31,178 bases of DNA from Synechococcus sp. GTDB lineage: Bacteria; Cyanobacteriota; Cyanobacteriia; Thermostichales; PCC-7336. The DNA is taken from the NCBI GenBank assembly GCA_051439425.1, contig JBFRWD010000093.1, forward strand, positions 1 through 31,178, in the 5' to 3' direction. The notes under the pieces were generated by a model. That model was not told the DNA's origin and searched no databases. It saw only the letters and a program-made list of their open reading frames with translations. This document shows, in pieces, positions 17,844 to 28,051 of the stretch (position 1 is the stretch's first letter; each line of letters starts with the position of its first letter). The position numbers and the translations under genes were made by a program.

Positions 17844-19379
17844 CTAACTTGGCGAATAAATGCGGATTGTATAACCACCATCTTTAAACTCTTTAACCAG
17901 TGTAAATCGTTCAAAGAGGACATCATATTTTTCGGCTTCTATACTGTACCTATCGCGATCTCTAAAATAACGGCCATAAGCGCCAATACTGAAAACTACA
18001 TAGTCAAATTGATTCTCAACGTACCATTCTGGTTCGCGATTAATTATATAAGCTTCCGTATGCACTGAGAAAAGTTCTGGATCGATAAATGGAGAGTATC
18101 TTTCGATAGCAAAATTAGTCCCTGGCAAAAAATTTTCGCTAATCCACACTCTCGCAGTCTCACGGCTATCCACTCTTAACAGCCGGTCAGCCTTTGCTAT
18201 TACTCGAGACGTTGGAGTTATCAGGCTAGTGACTAAAAGAGCAGTGATGAAAAAGATAGATAATTGACGTGCCGCATTTGATTTTAGTGCCTTGGCATTG
18301 CCAAAAAGGTAGGTTATGAAAGAAGCAGCCAATAAAAACATCAATGGTGACATTGGAAGAAAAGTGCGATCGTTCCTTACAGTAAAGCTACAAATAAAAA
18401 TGAAGTAAACGACAGGATAAATTGATAGAAGAAAAATCTCTTTAGATCGTCTTAACAGCCCCGTTAAGATCCCAAAAGCAGCGAGAATATAGAATATTCC
18501 TGCATTCTTCCACATTAGATTTACGTAGAATTCTAGACTTTTTCCTTCCATGCCTGGATGTCCACTAGAGTAATGGAAAAACTCGCCCAATGTATCTTTC
18601 AGAAATGTGACGGGATCAAGCAAAGCAAAAGGTGTAGTTGAGAAAAAAGCGACAACCACAAATATTGCAGCAAGTCTTAATCTATTGTCAGTAATCCTAT
18701 TGCCCTTTGACTGTAAAAAGTGTGCAACCAAGGGAATAATGCCTACTAAAATCCCAGGATACTTTGATGATATAGCTAATCCGGTAGCTATGCCGGCAAA
18801 AATATAATATTTCGTCTTTCCTGTTTGAAAAATTCTGACTGCAGTCCAGGTTACAGCAACCACAAAGAATGTCAAAAAAGCATTTGATGTAATGTAGCGG
18901 CTATTTTCTACATTAATGGGAGAGGCGGTCATCATTATTGCTGCGAGAAGCCCCACAGCATTTCTGCCGCTAATTTGCTTCCCAACAAAAAAGATCGCGA
19001 TAATAGAAGCTGTTGATATTAAGACTGTCAGCATCCTTCCCATTAATACTACAGAGGGCATTGGTGAATATCCAACTCCACCCTCCAATACGATTGGCGA
19101 TAAAATATCTGTTGGCTTATCAAGCAGACCCAATAATTTCCCAATTAAAAAGTAGGGTATGTAAGCTAGGGCATTGATATAGATAAATAGGGTTGGTTTT
19201 TTAAAATAATGTGGATTCAGATCGCCCGTTTTGAACATGTTTTGGGCCATGATTATCTTGTTCGGCTCATCGGGGTGGAAAAGGTTTGGCAATCCAAAAT
19301 TAACCCCCCATACTCTGATGCCCAAGGCTATAAGAACGATAATGCCAAGTAATATGTATGTTTGATTTGCTTGTTTCAA
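17844..19379 (-). CDS. ArnT/PMT-like (GT-C) membrane glycosyltransferase
   Basis: ALGIRVWG.NFGLP..FHPDE, multiple TM helices, GLAISSKYPG, RTFLP; AT-rich. Confidence 0.85.
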   Translation of the reverse strand: MKQANQTYILLGIIVLIALGIRVWGVNFGLPNLFHPDEPNKIIMAQNMFKTGDLNPHYFKKPTLFIYINALAYIPYFLIGKLLGLLDKPTDILSPIVLEGGVGYSPMPSVVLMGRMLTVLISTASIIAIFFVGKQISGRNAVGLLAAIMMTASPINVENSRYITSNAFLTFFVVAVTWTAVRIFQTGKTKYYIFAGIATGLAISSKYPGILVGIIPLVAHFLQSKGNRITDNRLRLAAIFVVVAFFSTTPFALLDPVTFLKDTLGEFFHYSSGHPGMEGKSLEFYVNLMWKNAGIFYILAAFGILTGLLRRSKEIFLLSIYPVVYFIFICSFTVRNDRTFLPMSPLMFLLAASFITYLFGNAKALKSNAARQLSIFFITALLVTSLITPTSRVIAKADRLLRVDSRETARVWISENFLPGTNFAIERYSPFIDPELFSVHTEAYIINREPEWYVENQFDYVVFSIGAYGRYFRDRDRYSIEAEKYDVLFERFTLVKEFKDGGYTIRIYSPS

Positions 19380-19785
19380 GATTTACTCCATAGCCTCTGT
19401 ATATACTTATTTCTAGTCGATTATTCTTTGTTCAATGTCTTATGGTAGTATAAGCGTGAGTATTTTGTATAAATAAACTTTGGGTATTGATTGTAGATAC
19501 CAAGTCTGGATTTCTCGACATGGTAGTGAGATTCTATTCAGAACGCTTATCCAGCAAAGCTTCTATTAGATTTCTGTAGAAATACAGACTGTTGCTTTTG
19601 GAAAGCCTCTGCAGCAGGTTTTAAGGGCCTACAGTACAAAGGCTATGGGTGATCTATCCCTTATTCTTATGAGAAATGCTGGCAAGAACCTGATTACATA
19701 GCTTCTCATTTTTTTCTGGGAGTAATCGTCCTGGTGGACCTATTTGTATTGATTTATCCGTTTCACCAAAAAATACACTGGATGG

Positions 19786-20046
19786 TTGATTCAGATTCGG
19801 GTCAATGCCACTTATTTCCACCAACTCTTTCAAGTCTTTGCCAAGAAAGTTGAGGCCGGAACTGACAAGAAATTCTTACTGTTCCTTGACGTCGCCGGAT
19901 GGCAAAACTGCCAGAAGGTTGTCGTCTCGGATGTTATTCATCTGGTCTCACCCTATGCGCCAGAATCACCTCACGCTGAACGGCTTTGGTTACTAGCGGA
20001 TAAGCAGTTAGCCAGTCGATGCGTTGGTACTCTTGACCCGCTTTGA
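19786..20046 (+). mobile_element. IS630-family transposase C-terminal remnant
   Basis: LFLDVAGW...SPYAPESPHAERLW..A...LA.R...TLD is a degenerate form of LD.AGWH / PPYSPELQPAERLW. Confidence 0.75.
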
Positions 20047-20076
20047 GAAGAGAAGGAACAGCTAAGTCACACCTTA

Positions 20077-20840
20077 GAGCTGATTCATAAAGAGAAGCCT
20101 AAGCAGCCATCCTGCGAGTCATCAGCCAAATGAGAGACAAAAAATCATTGCTTCACCCATCTTGGTATACAACTCCAAATCCTTACTGAGACGACGGAAG
20201 CGATTCAACTAGCCAAAGATTCTCTCGACGATCCAACGTTTGGGCAAATTCTCAAATCCCTTGGATTGGCTCTCAATGACCTCCGCTCGGACTTGCTCTC
20301 CACAGACCTGTTTTACTGCTTGGGCAAACCGCGTCCCCGAATAACCTTGATCGACCCAAACCACTTCCAACCTCGGCAATTTCTCTTTGGCGTTATCCAA
20401 CACCACGACTGCCCCAATGCGCTCTGAAGCATTTGCTTCGGTGACCAGCACCCCAATCAATAATCCTTGGGAATCAACGACGATATGGCGCTTACGCCCC
20501 TTAACTTTCTTGCCACCGTCAAAGCCGTAGATCTCCCCCTTTTTTCTGTGGTCTTCACTGACTGAGAATCAGCGATAGCAACAGTAGAGTCTGGATGACG
20601 ACCTAACTGTTCTCTCAATTGATGTCGTAGCTTGTCGTGTATTTCTTGCCACATCCCTTTGCGTTGCCATTTAATGAGCACCCATTCCTCATCACTCAAG
20701 TCGCTTGGATAGGCTTGACGGCTTGGATTTGCGACTTTGGGTAAACGACTCCTTCGGTCTAACTCCACACGATGGAGGCACTTTAAACCTGACTGCGATT
20801 GCCTCTCCACCCTCTTTCGATTGACTTTACAAATTAGCTC
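20077..20840 (-). mobile_element. IS5-family element, internally deleted
   Basis: Terminal IRs GAGCTGATTCATAAAG (20077-20092) and GAGCTAATTTGTAAAG (revcomp of 20825-20840), flanked by TTA and TGA. Transposase motifs YPSDLSDEEW, DSQSVKTTEK, GKKVKGRKRH, WVDQGYSG, RWIVERIFG; AAAAAAGGGGG slippage site. Confidence 0.88.
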
Positions 20841-20905
20841 TGAGAGCGTTTTTGCAGGCGAATCACATACAGTTTTCTTGCAGCCATCCATCGACATTCG
20901 ATGTC

Positions 20906-21020
20906 ATGAATCCTTATTCGGTTGATCTGAGGTTGAAAATCATTTAGGTCTATCAAAATAAAGAAGGCTCAGCCCGCATGCTAACCCAGTGATTTAAGGT
21001 GTGCCCTAGCTTCGTCATTT
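20906..21020 (+). mobile_element. IS630-family transposase N-terminal (HTH) remnant
   Basis: MNPYSVDLRLKII*VYQNKEGSARMLTQ*FKVCPSFV resembles the YS.DLR.KI HTH start; two stops. Confidence 0.72.
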
Positions 21021-21284
21021 ATATACAGCCGTCCCAGGAAAACTCACCAGCCGTCAGCGCAGCCCCCACAGTCCGGGCTTCTTTCTCAGCTTCTCTTAAA
21101 CCTGCTGGGTTTGCAGGAAGACCCGTGGTAATTCTCTGCTGAAATGGCTGTTTCTTTTTGGAACTTGTTTTGGAGGGTGTGTGGTCCGGAATCTGAGTTT
21201 ATTGCCATTTTGCTCAACAGTGACACCTACGCGGCCACTCCGTAGACGACCGTTTGCTTGAGCGTGTCTTACTGAAATGTCCAT
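21019..21284 (-). pseudogene. N-terminal remnant of a cyanobacterial tyrosine integrase
   Basis: AQANGRLRSGRVGVTVEQNGNKLRFRTTHPPK, then after a frameshift KQPFQQRITTGLPANPAGLREAEKEARTVGAALTAGEFSWD; lies just past the tRNA 3' end. Confidence 0.75.
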
Positions 21285-21430
21285 GCCTAAATTGTGGCCT
21301 ACATGATTGGGGGAATTGGCCAGTTCAGGAGGCTTCAGGTGAGATGCCAGAAAATCATGTGGAGCTCAGAAGCCCCTTTGGATACGGGATTGAGGATCAG
21401 AACCGTTGGTCTACGGTAGGCTATTTTGAA

Positions 21431-21519
21431 CGGAGAGGGAGGGATTCGAACCCTCGATGAAGCTTACACCCCATAACTCCTTAGCAGGGAGCCGCTTTCA
21501 ACCACTCAGCCACCTCTCC
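21431..21519 (-). tRNA. trnS: tRNA-Ser(GCT)
   Basis: GGAGAGGTGGCTGAGTGGTTGAAAGCGGCTCCCT-GCT-AAGGAG...long variable arm...GAGGGTTCGAATCCCTCCCTCTCCG; no encoded CCA. Confidence 0.97.
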
Positions 21520-21665
21520 AAGGTTTCAATATTCAACTGTCGCAGAGCACTTACACCGCTCTGGCTGTCCAATCATAGGCGATCGCGCCTGCCGCATCAA
21601 CCATAAATTGAAAAAGCAAAGCAAAAATTTTGCGATCGCCTCCAGCTCCCTAAAAAGCCGCAATC

Positions 21666-23192
21666 CTAAGCCCCCACAGCCTCCTTCGCCGCGTACAGCA
21701 CCTCCAACGTGATCGTCTCAACTCCCTGCTTGCGAGCAAAGTTCTCGGTATTACGCTTCACCTTCCCACGCACAAACCCCGGAATCCGCTTCAGCTCTGA
21801 AGTCGCCTCCTCATCCCAGCTCAGATCGGTGTCGGTCGTCAGAGATTTTGTCACGACATCCTTGGTGTCGTGACCGCCAAAAATATCCAGCAGGTGATCC
21901 TCCATTCCCAGCGTGAAGGAGTTGTACACCAAGTCCACCACCTGGTTAGCCCCTTCGTAGCCCAAGAATGGATGGTAGCCCACCGGGAAGTTTTGCACGT
22001 GGATGGGGGCCGAAATTACTCCGGTAGGGATATTCAACCGCTTGCCAACATGCCTTTCCATTTGGGTGCCAAAGATGGCGGCGGGTTCTACACGGGCGAT
22101 CGCGTCTCCGATTTGGGCATGATTGTCCGTCATCAAAATCTCGTCGCAATATTCCCCCACCTCTCGCCGGAACCATTCCTCGTCATAGGTGCAGTAGCTG
22201 CCCGCCCACACCACGTGAATCCCCATCTCGCGCGCCAGCACTTTGGTCATGGCTGCCGCGTGGGTGGAGTCTCCGAATACGACAGCCTTTTTCCCGGTTA
22301 GGTTCTGGCAGTCGATGGACTTCGAGAACCAAGCCGCCTGAGACACGTGCAGGGTTTGCTCTTCAATAAATTCATCGAAATCCGCATCCACCCCTTGCTC
22401 GTTCAGGATGGACTGGATGGCCCGGATAAATCGAGCGGTCTCGACCACCCCCAGCGGCGTGATGTCTACGTAGGGAGTGCCAAATTCTTCTTTCAGATAT
22501 TCAGCCGCCAGCGGCCCCAGCTCGCGGTAGGGCACGATATTAAACCAAGCTCTGCCTAGCTGCTTGAGGTCGTGTACGGAGGCCGAGTCGGGAATCACCA
22601 AATTGACAGTAATGCCTAAGTCCGACAGCAGTTTGCGCAGCTCAGTCAAGTCATGGTTGTTGTGGAAGGCCAGATTGGAAATGCCCAAGATATTGCAAGA
22701 AGGTTGCTCGGTTTTGCCAGCCGGTAAGTCGTCGTTCTTCTTGGCTTTCTCGATATAAAACTGCACGATTTGGGCCAGGGTGCGATCGGCCGCTTGCAGC
22801 TCGTTGACCCGATAGTGATTCACGTCTGCCAGCAACACGTCCCCGTTGCACTCCAGCTGAGCGCGAGACACAAAGTTAGCCAAGTCTTCCTGCAAAATGC
22901 TGGAGGTGCAAGTTGGGGTAAGGACAATCAGGTCGGGGGTTTCTTCGGTGTCTTTGCGGGTGATGTTGTTGATCACTTTATCGCCGGAACCGCGAGCCAA
23001 GACGTGGCGATCGACAACGCTGGCGGTAACCGGGGTAAAGTCCCGATTGCGCTCCAGCATGGAACTCATGACGTTGAAATAGTCGTCACCGAGGGGGGCA
23101 TGCATGATGCTGTGGACGTTTTTGAAGGAGCTAGCCACCCGCAAGGTGCCGATGTGAGCGGGGCCAGCGTACATCCAATAGGCTAATTTCAT
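21666..23192 (-). CDS. chlB: Light-independent protochlorophyllide reductase subunit B
   Basis: [40 protein letters not shown]-terminal [14 protein letters not shown]. Confidence 0.99.
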   Translation of the reverse strand: MKLAYWMYAGPAHIGTLRVASSFKNVHSIMHAPLGDDYFNVMSSMLERNRDFTPVTASVVDRHVLARGSGDKVINNITRKDTEETPDLIVLTPTCTSSILQEDLANFVSRAQLECNGDVLLADVNHYRVNELQAADRTLAQIVQFYIEKAKKNDDLPAGKTEQPSCNILGISNLAFHNNHDLTELRKLLSDLGITVNLVIPDSASVHDLKQLGRAWFNIVPYRELGPLAAEYLKEEFGTPYVDITPLGVVETARFIRAIQSILNEQGVDADFDEFIEEQTLHVSQAAWFSKSIDCQNLTGKKAVVFGDSTHAAAMTKVLAREMGIHVVWAGSYCTYDEEWFRREVGEYCDEILMTDNHAQIGDAIARVEPAAIFGTQMERHVGKRLNIPTGVISAPIHVQNFPVGYHPFLGYEGANQVVDLVYNSFTLGMEDHLLDIFGGHDTKDVVTKSLTTDTDLSWDEEATSELKRIPGFVRGKVKRNTENFARKQGVETITLEVLYAAKEAVGA

Positions 23193-23461
23193 AAATCGAT
23201 TTGCCTCGGGGTTACATACCAGATAGGCGGAGATTGTTATGTCGGGACTGGGTCGAGCGATCGCCGTTCTCCCATGAGATTTGCTAGCAATCGCATTCCA
23301 ATATCGCCCTTACCATTTACGAGGGTCGAAAATGATGCCGTCAATCGCAGTTAAAGCTTTGTAAGTTAAGGGTTTTGAACGTTTGCAACAACGCAATTCA
23401 ATAATTTTTGCTTTGTACTGAATTGGTTGTAATTGTTCCTGAGACTCTTTGTTCGTAAGCC

Positions 23462-24457
23462 TTATTCAGTGCCGCTTTGGAAGTGCTGGAACCCACTGGA
23501 ACGATCTAACGTACCGACATCTTTCACCACAATCGCTTCGCCATCTGTAACGGTTCCGATCGCCGTTACCCCCTCCACAGAATCAATTAAGAACTCTGCC
23601 GCTGCTGGAGGCATTGTCAACAGCAGCTCGAAATCTTCCCCTCCGTACAGTGTCCATTCCACAGCGCGATCGCCAAAATACTCGGTCAACCACGGCGCGA
23701 TCGGCAACGTCTCTTTCTCCAACCGCGCCCCAACACCACTCATGTTGCAAACTTGCACAACCGCGTCCGCCAGTCCGTCGCTGGTATCCATCCCGGCAAT
23801 CCGTCCGCCAATTTCCCACGCTGTTTGGAGGTGGGGCAGTAAATCCAGTCGGGGCTTGGGATATTGATGGGTAGCGATCGCTGTCTCTCGCACATCCGCA
23901 TCCAAAGCAGCCCCCAATTCTGGGTACAGCAACAGTTCCAAACCGGCTCGCGAGCTACCGTGAGGCCCCGTGGCCAGCAATACATCTCCCGGTTGTGCCC
24001 GATTGCGGCGAATGGCCCGTTCGGGATGCACGTCTCCGAGTGCAGTGATGGAAAGGAAACGCTGTTGCGATCGGCTCAGGTCTCCACCCACCAGTCCGGT
24101 GTTCCACGGCTGGCAGCAATTGGAGATTCCTTTATATAGGTCTTCAACCCATTCAATGGGAGTATCGTTTGGCAATCCCAAAGCAATAACGAGACTAATG
24201 GGGGATGCGCCCATTGCGGCTAGATCGGAGAGGTTGGCGGCGGCGGCTCTCCAACCGACCGAGTGAGGGGGAGTGGTGCGATCGCTGAAATGAACGGATT
24301 CGACTAAAACATCGGTGGTGACGACTAAGTTTCCAGCAGGAGCAGATTGCAAGGCAGCGTCATCGCCCACCGTTCCTGTCAGGCAGTAGCGTTGCACGAG
24401 CTTGAGCAGCCCGGTTTCTCCCAGCTCGCGAACAATCTGTTTGTCTTGCGTATTCAC
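23462..24457 (-). CDS. thiL: Thiamine-monophosphate kinase
   Basis: GDDAA, TTDVLVESVHF, NLSDLAAMGA, GGD, MDTSDGL, LYGGEDFELL. Confidence 0.97.
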   Translation of the reverse strand: MNTQDKQIVRELGETGLLKLVQRYCLTGTVGDDAALQSAPAGNLVVTTDVLVESVHFSDRTTPPHSVGWRAAAANLSDLAAMGASPISLVIALGLPNDTPIEWVEDLYKGISNCCQPWNTGLVGGDLSRSQQRFLSITALGDVHPERAIRRNRAQPGDVLLATGPHGSSRAGLELLLYPELGAALDADVRETAIATHQYPKPRLDLLPHLQTAWEIGGRIAGMDTSDGLADAVVQVCNMSGVGARLEKETLPIAPWLTEYFGDRAVEWTLYGGEDFELLLTMPPAAAEFLIDSVEGVTAIGTVTDGEAIVVKDVGTLDRSSGFQHFQSGTE

Positions 24458-24486
24458 TCAGGAGAAATCCAAACACACTGTAGTTT

Positions 24487-27294
24487 CTACGGCCCAGCCG
24501 TCACAATCTGAACGGCCTCTGGCTTCAGCAGCTCCTTCGCCACACGATTGACATCCTCCAGCGTCAGCGCCTGCACCTTTTCAGGAAAGTCGTATAGCTC
24601 TTCTAACGGTAGGTCCAACACTTCGCGGCGCAAAAACGCCCCCGCAACTGCATCGGGATCGGCCAACCCCACGGGATAGCTATTCACAAAACTATTGCGA
24701 GCCTGCTCCAGTTCTGCCGCCGTGACGCCGTTCTCCTTCACCTGCCGCAAGACCGATAGTGCACTATCCACAGCTTTACCTACATCGGTCGGGTCGGTCT
24801 GCATCGACACCAAAAATGGGCCGACACCTCTCCCCGTTTGAAACGCACTGGAAATGCCGTAGGTCAGTCCCTGGCGATCGCGCACTTCCAACCCCAACCG
24901 ACTGGACAGCGTACTACCGCCAATAATGTCGTTCAGCACCACTGCTGCTTCGTAATCGGGGTCAAATCGATTGATGCCCAAGTGGCCCAGATAGGTCACC
25001 GACTGAGTTTTGCCCTCCAGCGTTTTGTGCTGGCGAGTCACAGCCACCGGCCCGCTCACGTCCGGAAACTCCAGTCGAGGAGCCTCCCCCGTCGCCGACC
25101 AATCTCCCAGTAAATCGCGGAACAGTGTCTCTGCTTCCTTTGCGTCGAAATCTCCCACCAGCGCGATCGTGGTGGTGTCGGGACGATAGTGAGCGGTATG
25201 GAACTCCTGCAAATCGGATTGTTGGATGGCCTGCAGAGATTCCACGCTGGTCATGGCGTGATAAGGGTGGCCTTCGGGAAATAACGATTGTTGGAAGGTG
25301 CGGGTGGCAACGGTAGAGGGATTATCCAGACTGGCTTGCAAACCGGCGATTGATCGCTGTTTGGCCAACTCCAGCTCGTCCGTAGGGAAGGTGGGGTTGA
25401 GTAGCGCATCCGCTAGTTGCTCCGCCAACAGCGGTAAATCTTGGGCCAATGCCGCCCCGCCAAATCGCACCCCCTCGCGGCGGGCACCAAATCCCAATCC
25501 GGCCCCAACGTTTTCTAACCGGGAGGCAAACTCATCGGCCGTTTGGTTGGTGGTACCGTTGGTCATCAAATTGGCAGTGAATGACGCCACACCGGCTGTT
25601 GCGGACGTGTCGTAACCGCTACCGGCATCCACATAGCCCACCAGAGTCACCGCAGGCGCACTGTCATCCGGCATCAGCAATAGCTTCAGACCGTTAGGAA
25701 GTTCCACCTTGGTGGGGTATTGCAGGCGATCGCGATCGAGGTCGGCGGCACTGGCAATGTCACTCGGCAAATACTGTTGCAAATCGGCAGAATCGCCACC
25801 GTCACTCGGGACAACCACAGCTGCGCCAACCGTGCCCTCTTCGGGAACTTCAGCGGTTAGCGAATTGGGGTCAAAGCTAGTGGGAGTAAAGTATCCGGTG
25901 TGGACAAGCTCGGGACGCAGATACTTGCGAGCAACCGCCTGAATGTCGGCGGGTGTTACAGCTGCGGCGCGCTGTATGTAGTTATCGCTGTGGCGAAAAT
26001 CCCCCGTCACGGTTTCGTCACCGGCCAGTTGGCGAGCTTGGCTGCCGATATCTTTATATCCCAAAATCACCCCGGCCAATAACTGTCGCTTGACGCGATC
26101 GAGGTCGGCGGTAGCGACATGAGTTTGCTGTAAGCGCTCTAATTGGGCGGCGATCGCTGCTTCTACTGAGTCGAAATCTTGCCCTTCGCCTAGGGAGGCG
26201 GAAATTTGGAACCAGCCTGCCCCCCGTAGGTTTGAGGTGGAACTGCCCACACTGTTCGCAATTTGCGGACGCACGATCTCTTGATAGAACCGGCCCGCCC
26301 GTCCGCCGGACAGGATGGAGCTAAGCAGATCCAATGCGGGCTCGTCAGGATGACCGCTGGGAGGCAATGGATACATGTGCACCAGCAGCGGCAGGCTGCC
26401 GGGTTCTTCTAGTTGAATGGGGTCGCCGGGGGGCAGAACCTCGACGGTACTGGTCTTGGTGCGAGACGTTGCGGTTGGCAAGTTGGCAATGGTTCCAAAC
26501 CTGTCTTTGATGGAGGCGACGGTATTGTCGCGATCGAAATCTCCCACGATCGCCAACACCGCATTATTGGGGCTGTAGTGCTGCTGGTAATACTCCTGAA
26601 TGCGATCGGCTTGGAATTGCTCCACATCCGCCCGAGTTCCGCCCACCGGTAGTGCGTAGGCGGCAGTGCTGGTGTCTTCTGGCAAGGCAAACAGGGTGCG
26701 GCGCACGGCACGATTGAGGCGATAGCCGGGGGAGTTTTCATATCCCTGTAGCTCCGAGATCACCACGCGTTTTTCGCTCTCCACCGCCGCAGGGTCAATG
26801 GTGGTATTGACCATCCGGTCGGCTTCTAGAGCTAAGACGGTATCGAGGCGATCGCGGCTGACGGTGTGGAAGTATCCGGTGGCGTCGTAGGTGGTGAAGG
26901 CGTTGAAGCTACTGCCGATGGCGTCGAACAAGCGTCCGAACTGGATCGGTCGCTCTTCGGTTCCCTTAAATAGCAAGTGCTCCAGTTGGTGTGAAATACC
27001 GCTATTGCCCACCGTTTCGTCGGCACTGCCCACCCGGTACCACAGTTGCACCGATACAACTGGCGCGGTGTGCACTTCCTTCAGCAGAACCGTCATGCCA
27101 TTGTCGAGGGTCAGCTTTTCAACCCCGTCCGTCAAGCTGGGGATTTCCAGTCTTGAAACGTCTAAAGATGTTGAACTGCCTGGGGCCGAAACTGTCCGGG
27201 CCGCAGCCGGAGCAATCCCGCTCCCCGTTACGACCCAAACCACCACAAGCACTATGACCAGTACCTGCTGAATGACTCTGCGCCAACCGCTCAT
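24487..27294 (-). CDS. M16-family zinc peptidase (PqqL/pitrilysin-like) with signal peptide
   Basis: Inverted zinc motif HQLEH, NAFTTYDAT.Y, EKRVVISE; second half LPNGLKL and RL..EVRDRQGLTY. Alternative start 27309. Confidence 0.93.
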   Translation of the reverse strand: MSGWRRVIQQVLVIVLVVVWVVTGSGIAPAAARTVSAPGSSTSLDVSRLEIPSLTDGVEKLTLDNGMTVLLKEVHTAPVVSVQLWYRVGSADETVGNSGISHQLEHLLFKGTEERPIQFGRLFDAIGSSFNAFTTYDATGYFHTVSRDRLDTVLALEADRMVNTTIDPAAVESEKRVVISELQGYENSPGYRLNRAVRRTLFALPEDTSTAAYALPVGGTRADVEQFQADRIQEYYQQHYSPNNAVLAIVGDFDRDNTVASIKDRFGTIANLPTATSRTKTSTVEVLPPGDPIQLEEPGSLPLLVHMYPLPPSGHPDEPALDLLSSILSGGRAGRFYQEIVRPQIANSVGSSTSNLRGAGWFQISASLGEGQDFDSVEAAIAAQLERLQQTHVATADLDRVKRQLLAGVILGYKDIGSQARQLAGDETVTGDFRHSDNYIQRAAAVTPADIQAVARKYLRPELVHTGYFTPTSFDPNSLTAEVPEEGTVGAAVVVPSDGGDSADLQQYLPSDIASAADLDRDRLQYPTKVELPNGLKLLLMPDDSAPAVTLVGYVDAGSGYDTSATAGVASFTANLMTNGTTNQTADEFASRLENVGAGLGFGARREGVRFGGAALAQDLPLLAEQLADALLNPTFPTDELELAKQRSIAGLQASLDNPSTVATRTFQQSLFPEGHPYHAMTSVESLQAIQQSDLQEFHTAHYRPDTTTIALVGDFDAKEAETLFRDLLGDWSATGEAPRLEFPDVSGPVAVTRQHKTLEGKTQSVTYLGHLGINRFDPDYEAAVVLNDIIGGSTLSSRLGLEVRDRQGLTYGISSAFQTGRGVGPFLVSMQTDPTDVGKAVDSALSVLRQVKENGVTAAELEQARNSFVNSYPVGLADPDAVAGAFLRREVLDLPLEELYDFPEKVQALTLEDVNRVAKELLKPEAVQIVTAGP

Positions 27295-27518
27295 GCAATC
27301 CAGTCTCAATCCCTACGTTTGCCATCATAACGATGCAGCTTAGACCTTCCGGTAGAGAATCCTGTGAGTGTGCTCATAAGCGCAATGGAGAATGTTTGGA
27401 GGAATTGGTTTTGGGGCGACGAATGAAAAACATTTCAAAATCTCCCCCCAAGACGCTACCCTAATAGATCGCACCCTTGCTGCCCCGTGCAGCCATACGT
27501 CCATAAGGAGACCATTCA

Positions 27519-27812
27519 ATGCCTCGCGCTTACGAAACCATGCTGATTGTCCGCCCCGACGTCACGGAAGAACCCATGACCGAATTGGTGGATCTGCAGA
27601 AAAAGACGCTGAGTGAAGGTGGTGCGTCTAACATCGAAATCAACATGCGGGGCAAGCGTCGTCTGGCCTACGAAATTCAGCGTTGCCGTGAAGGTATTTA
27701 CGTTCAAATCAATTACGATGCCGAGCCCAGTGCCCGCACGGCGATGGAGAAGGCCCTGAAGCTGAACGAGAGCATTTTGCGATTTGCAACCTTCAACGTT
27801 GAAGAAGACTAA
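27519..27812 (+). CDS. rpsF: 30S ribosomal protein S6
   Basis: YETMLIVRPD, RGKRRLAYEI, EGIYVQ; AAGGAG RBS. Confidence 0.97.
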   Translation: MPRAYETMLIVRPDVTEEPMTELVDLQKKTLSEGGASNIEINMRGKRRLAYEIQRCREGIYVQINYDAEPSARTAMEKALKLNESILRFATFNVEED

Positions 27813-28051
27813 ATCTCGAAGAAGGTTAACTCTTGAAGGCCAGGATGGATTGAGTGTTTGTTCGAGCCTGCTAGCTTAATTGTTCTACTGGCGATCGCAC
27901 GTCGCAATCCCACCACCTATTAAGCCAATCGTTAGGGCGATGCTGTTCCCGTTCTCAATAGAGAGACTGGAGACAAATGCATCGCCCTATATTGCATCCA
28001 CCTTTACCCTGCCAGTACCGTAGGAGTGCCCTTGATGGTTTTGCTATCCCT

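Noticed and set aside
21060..21090. GAAGCCCGGACTGT resembling an IS200/IS605 end or riboswitch tail
   Set aside because: Explained as coding sequence (KEARTVG) of the integrase remnant.
21254..21460. 68-aa ORF ending RRGRDSNPR
   Set aside because: Typical antisense translation of a tRNA gene.
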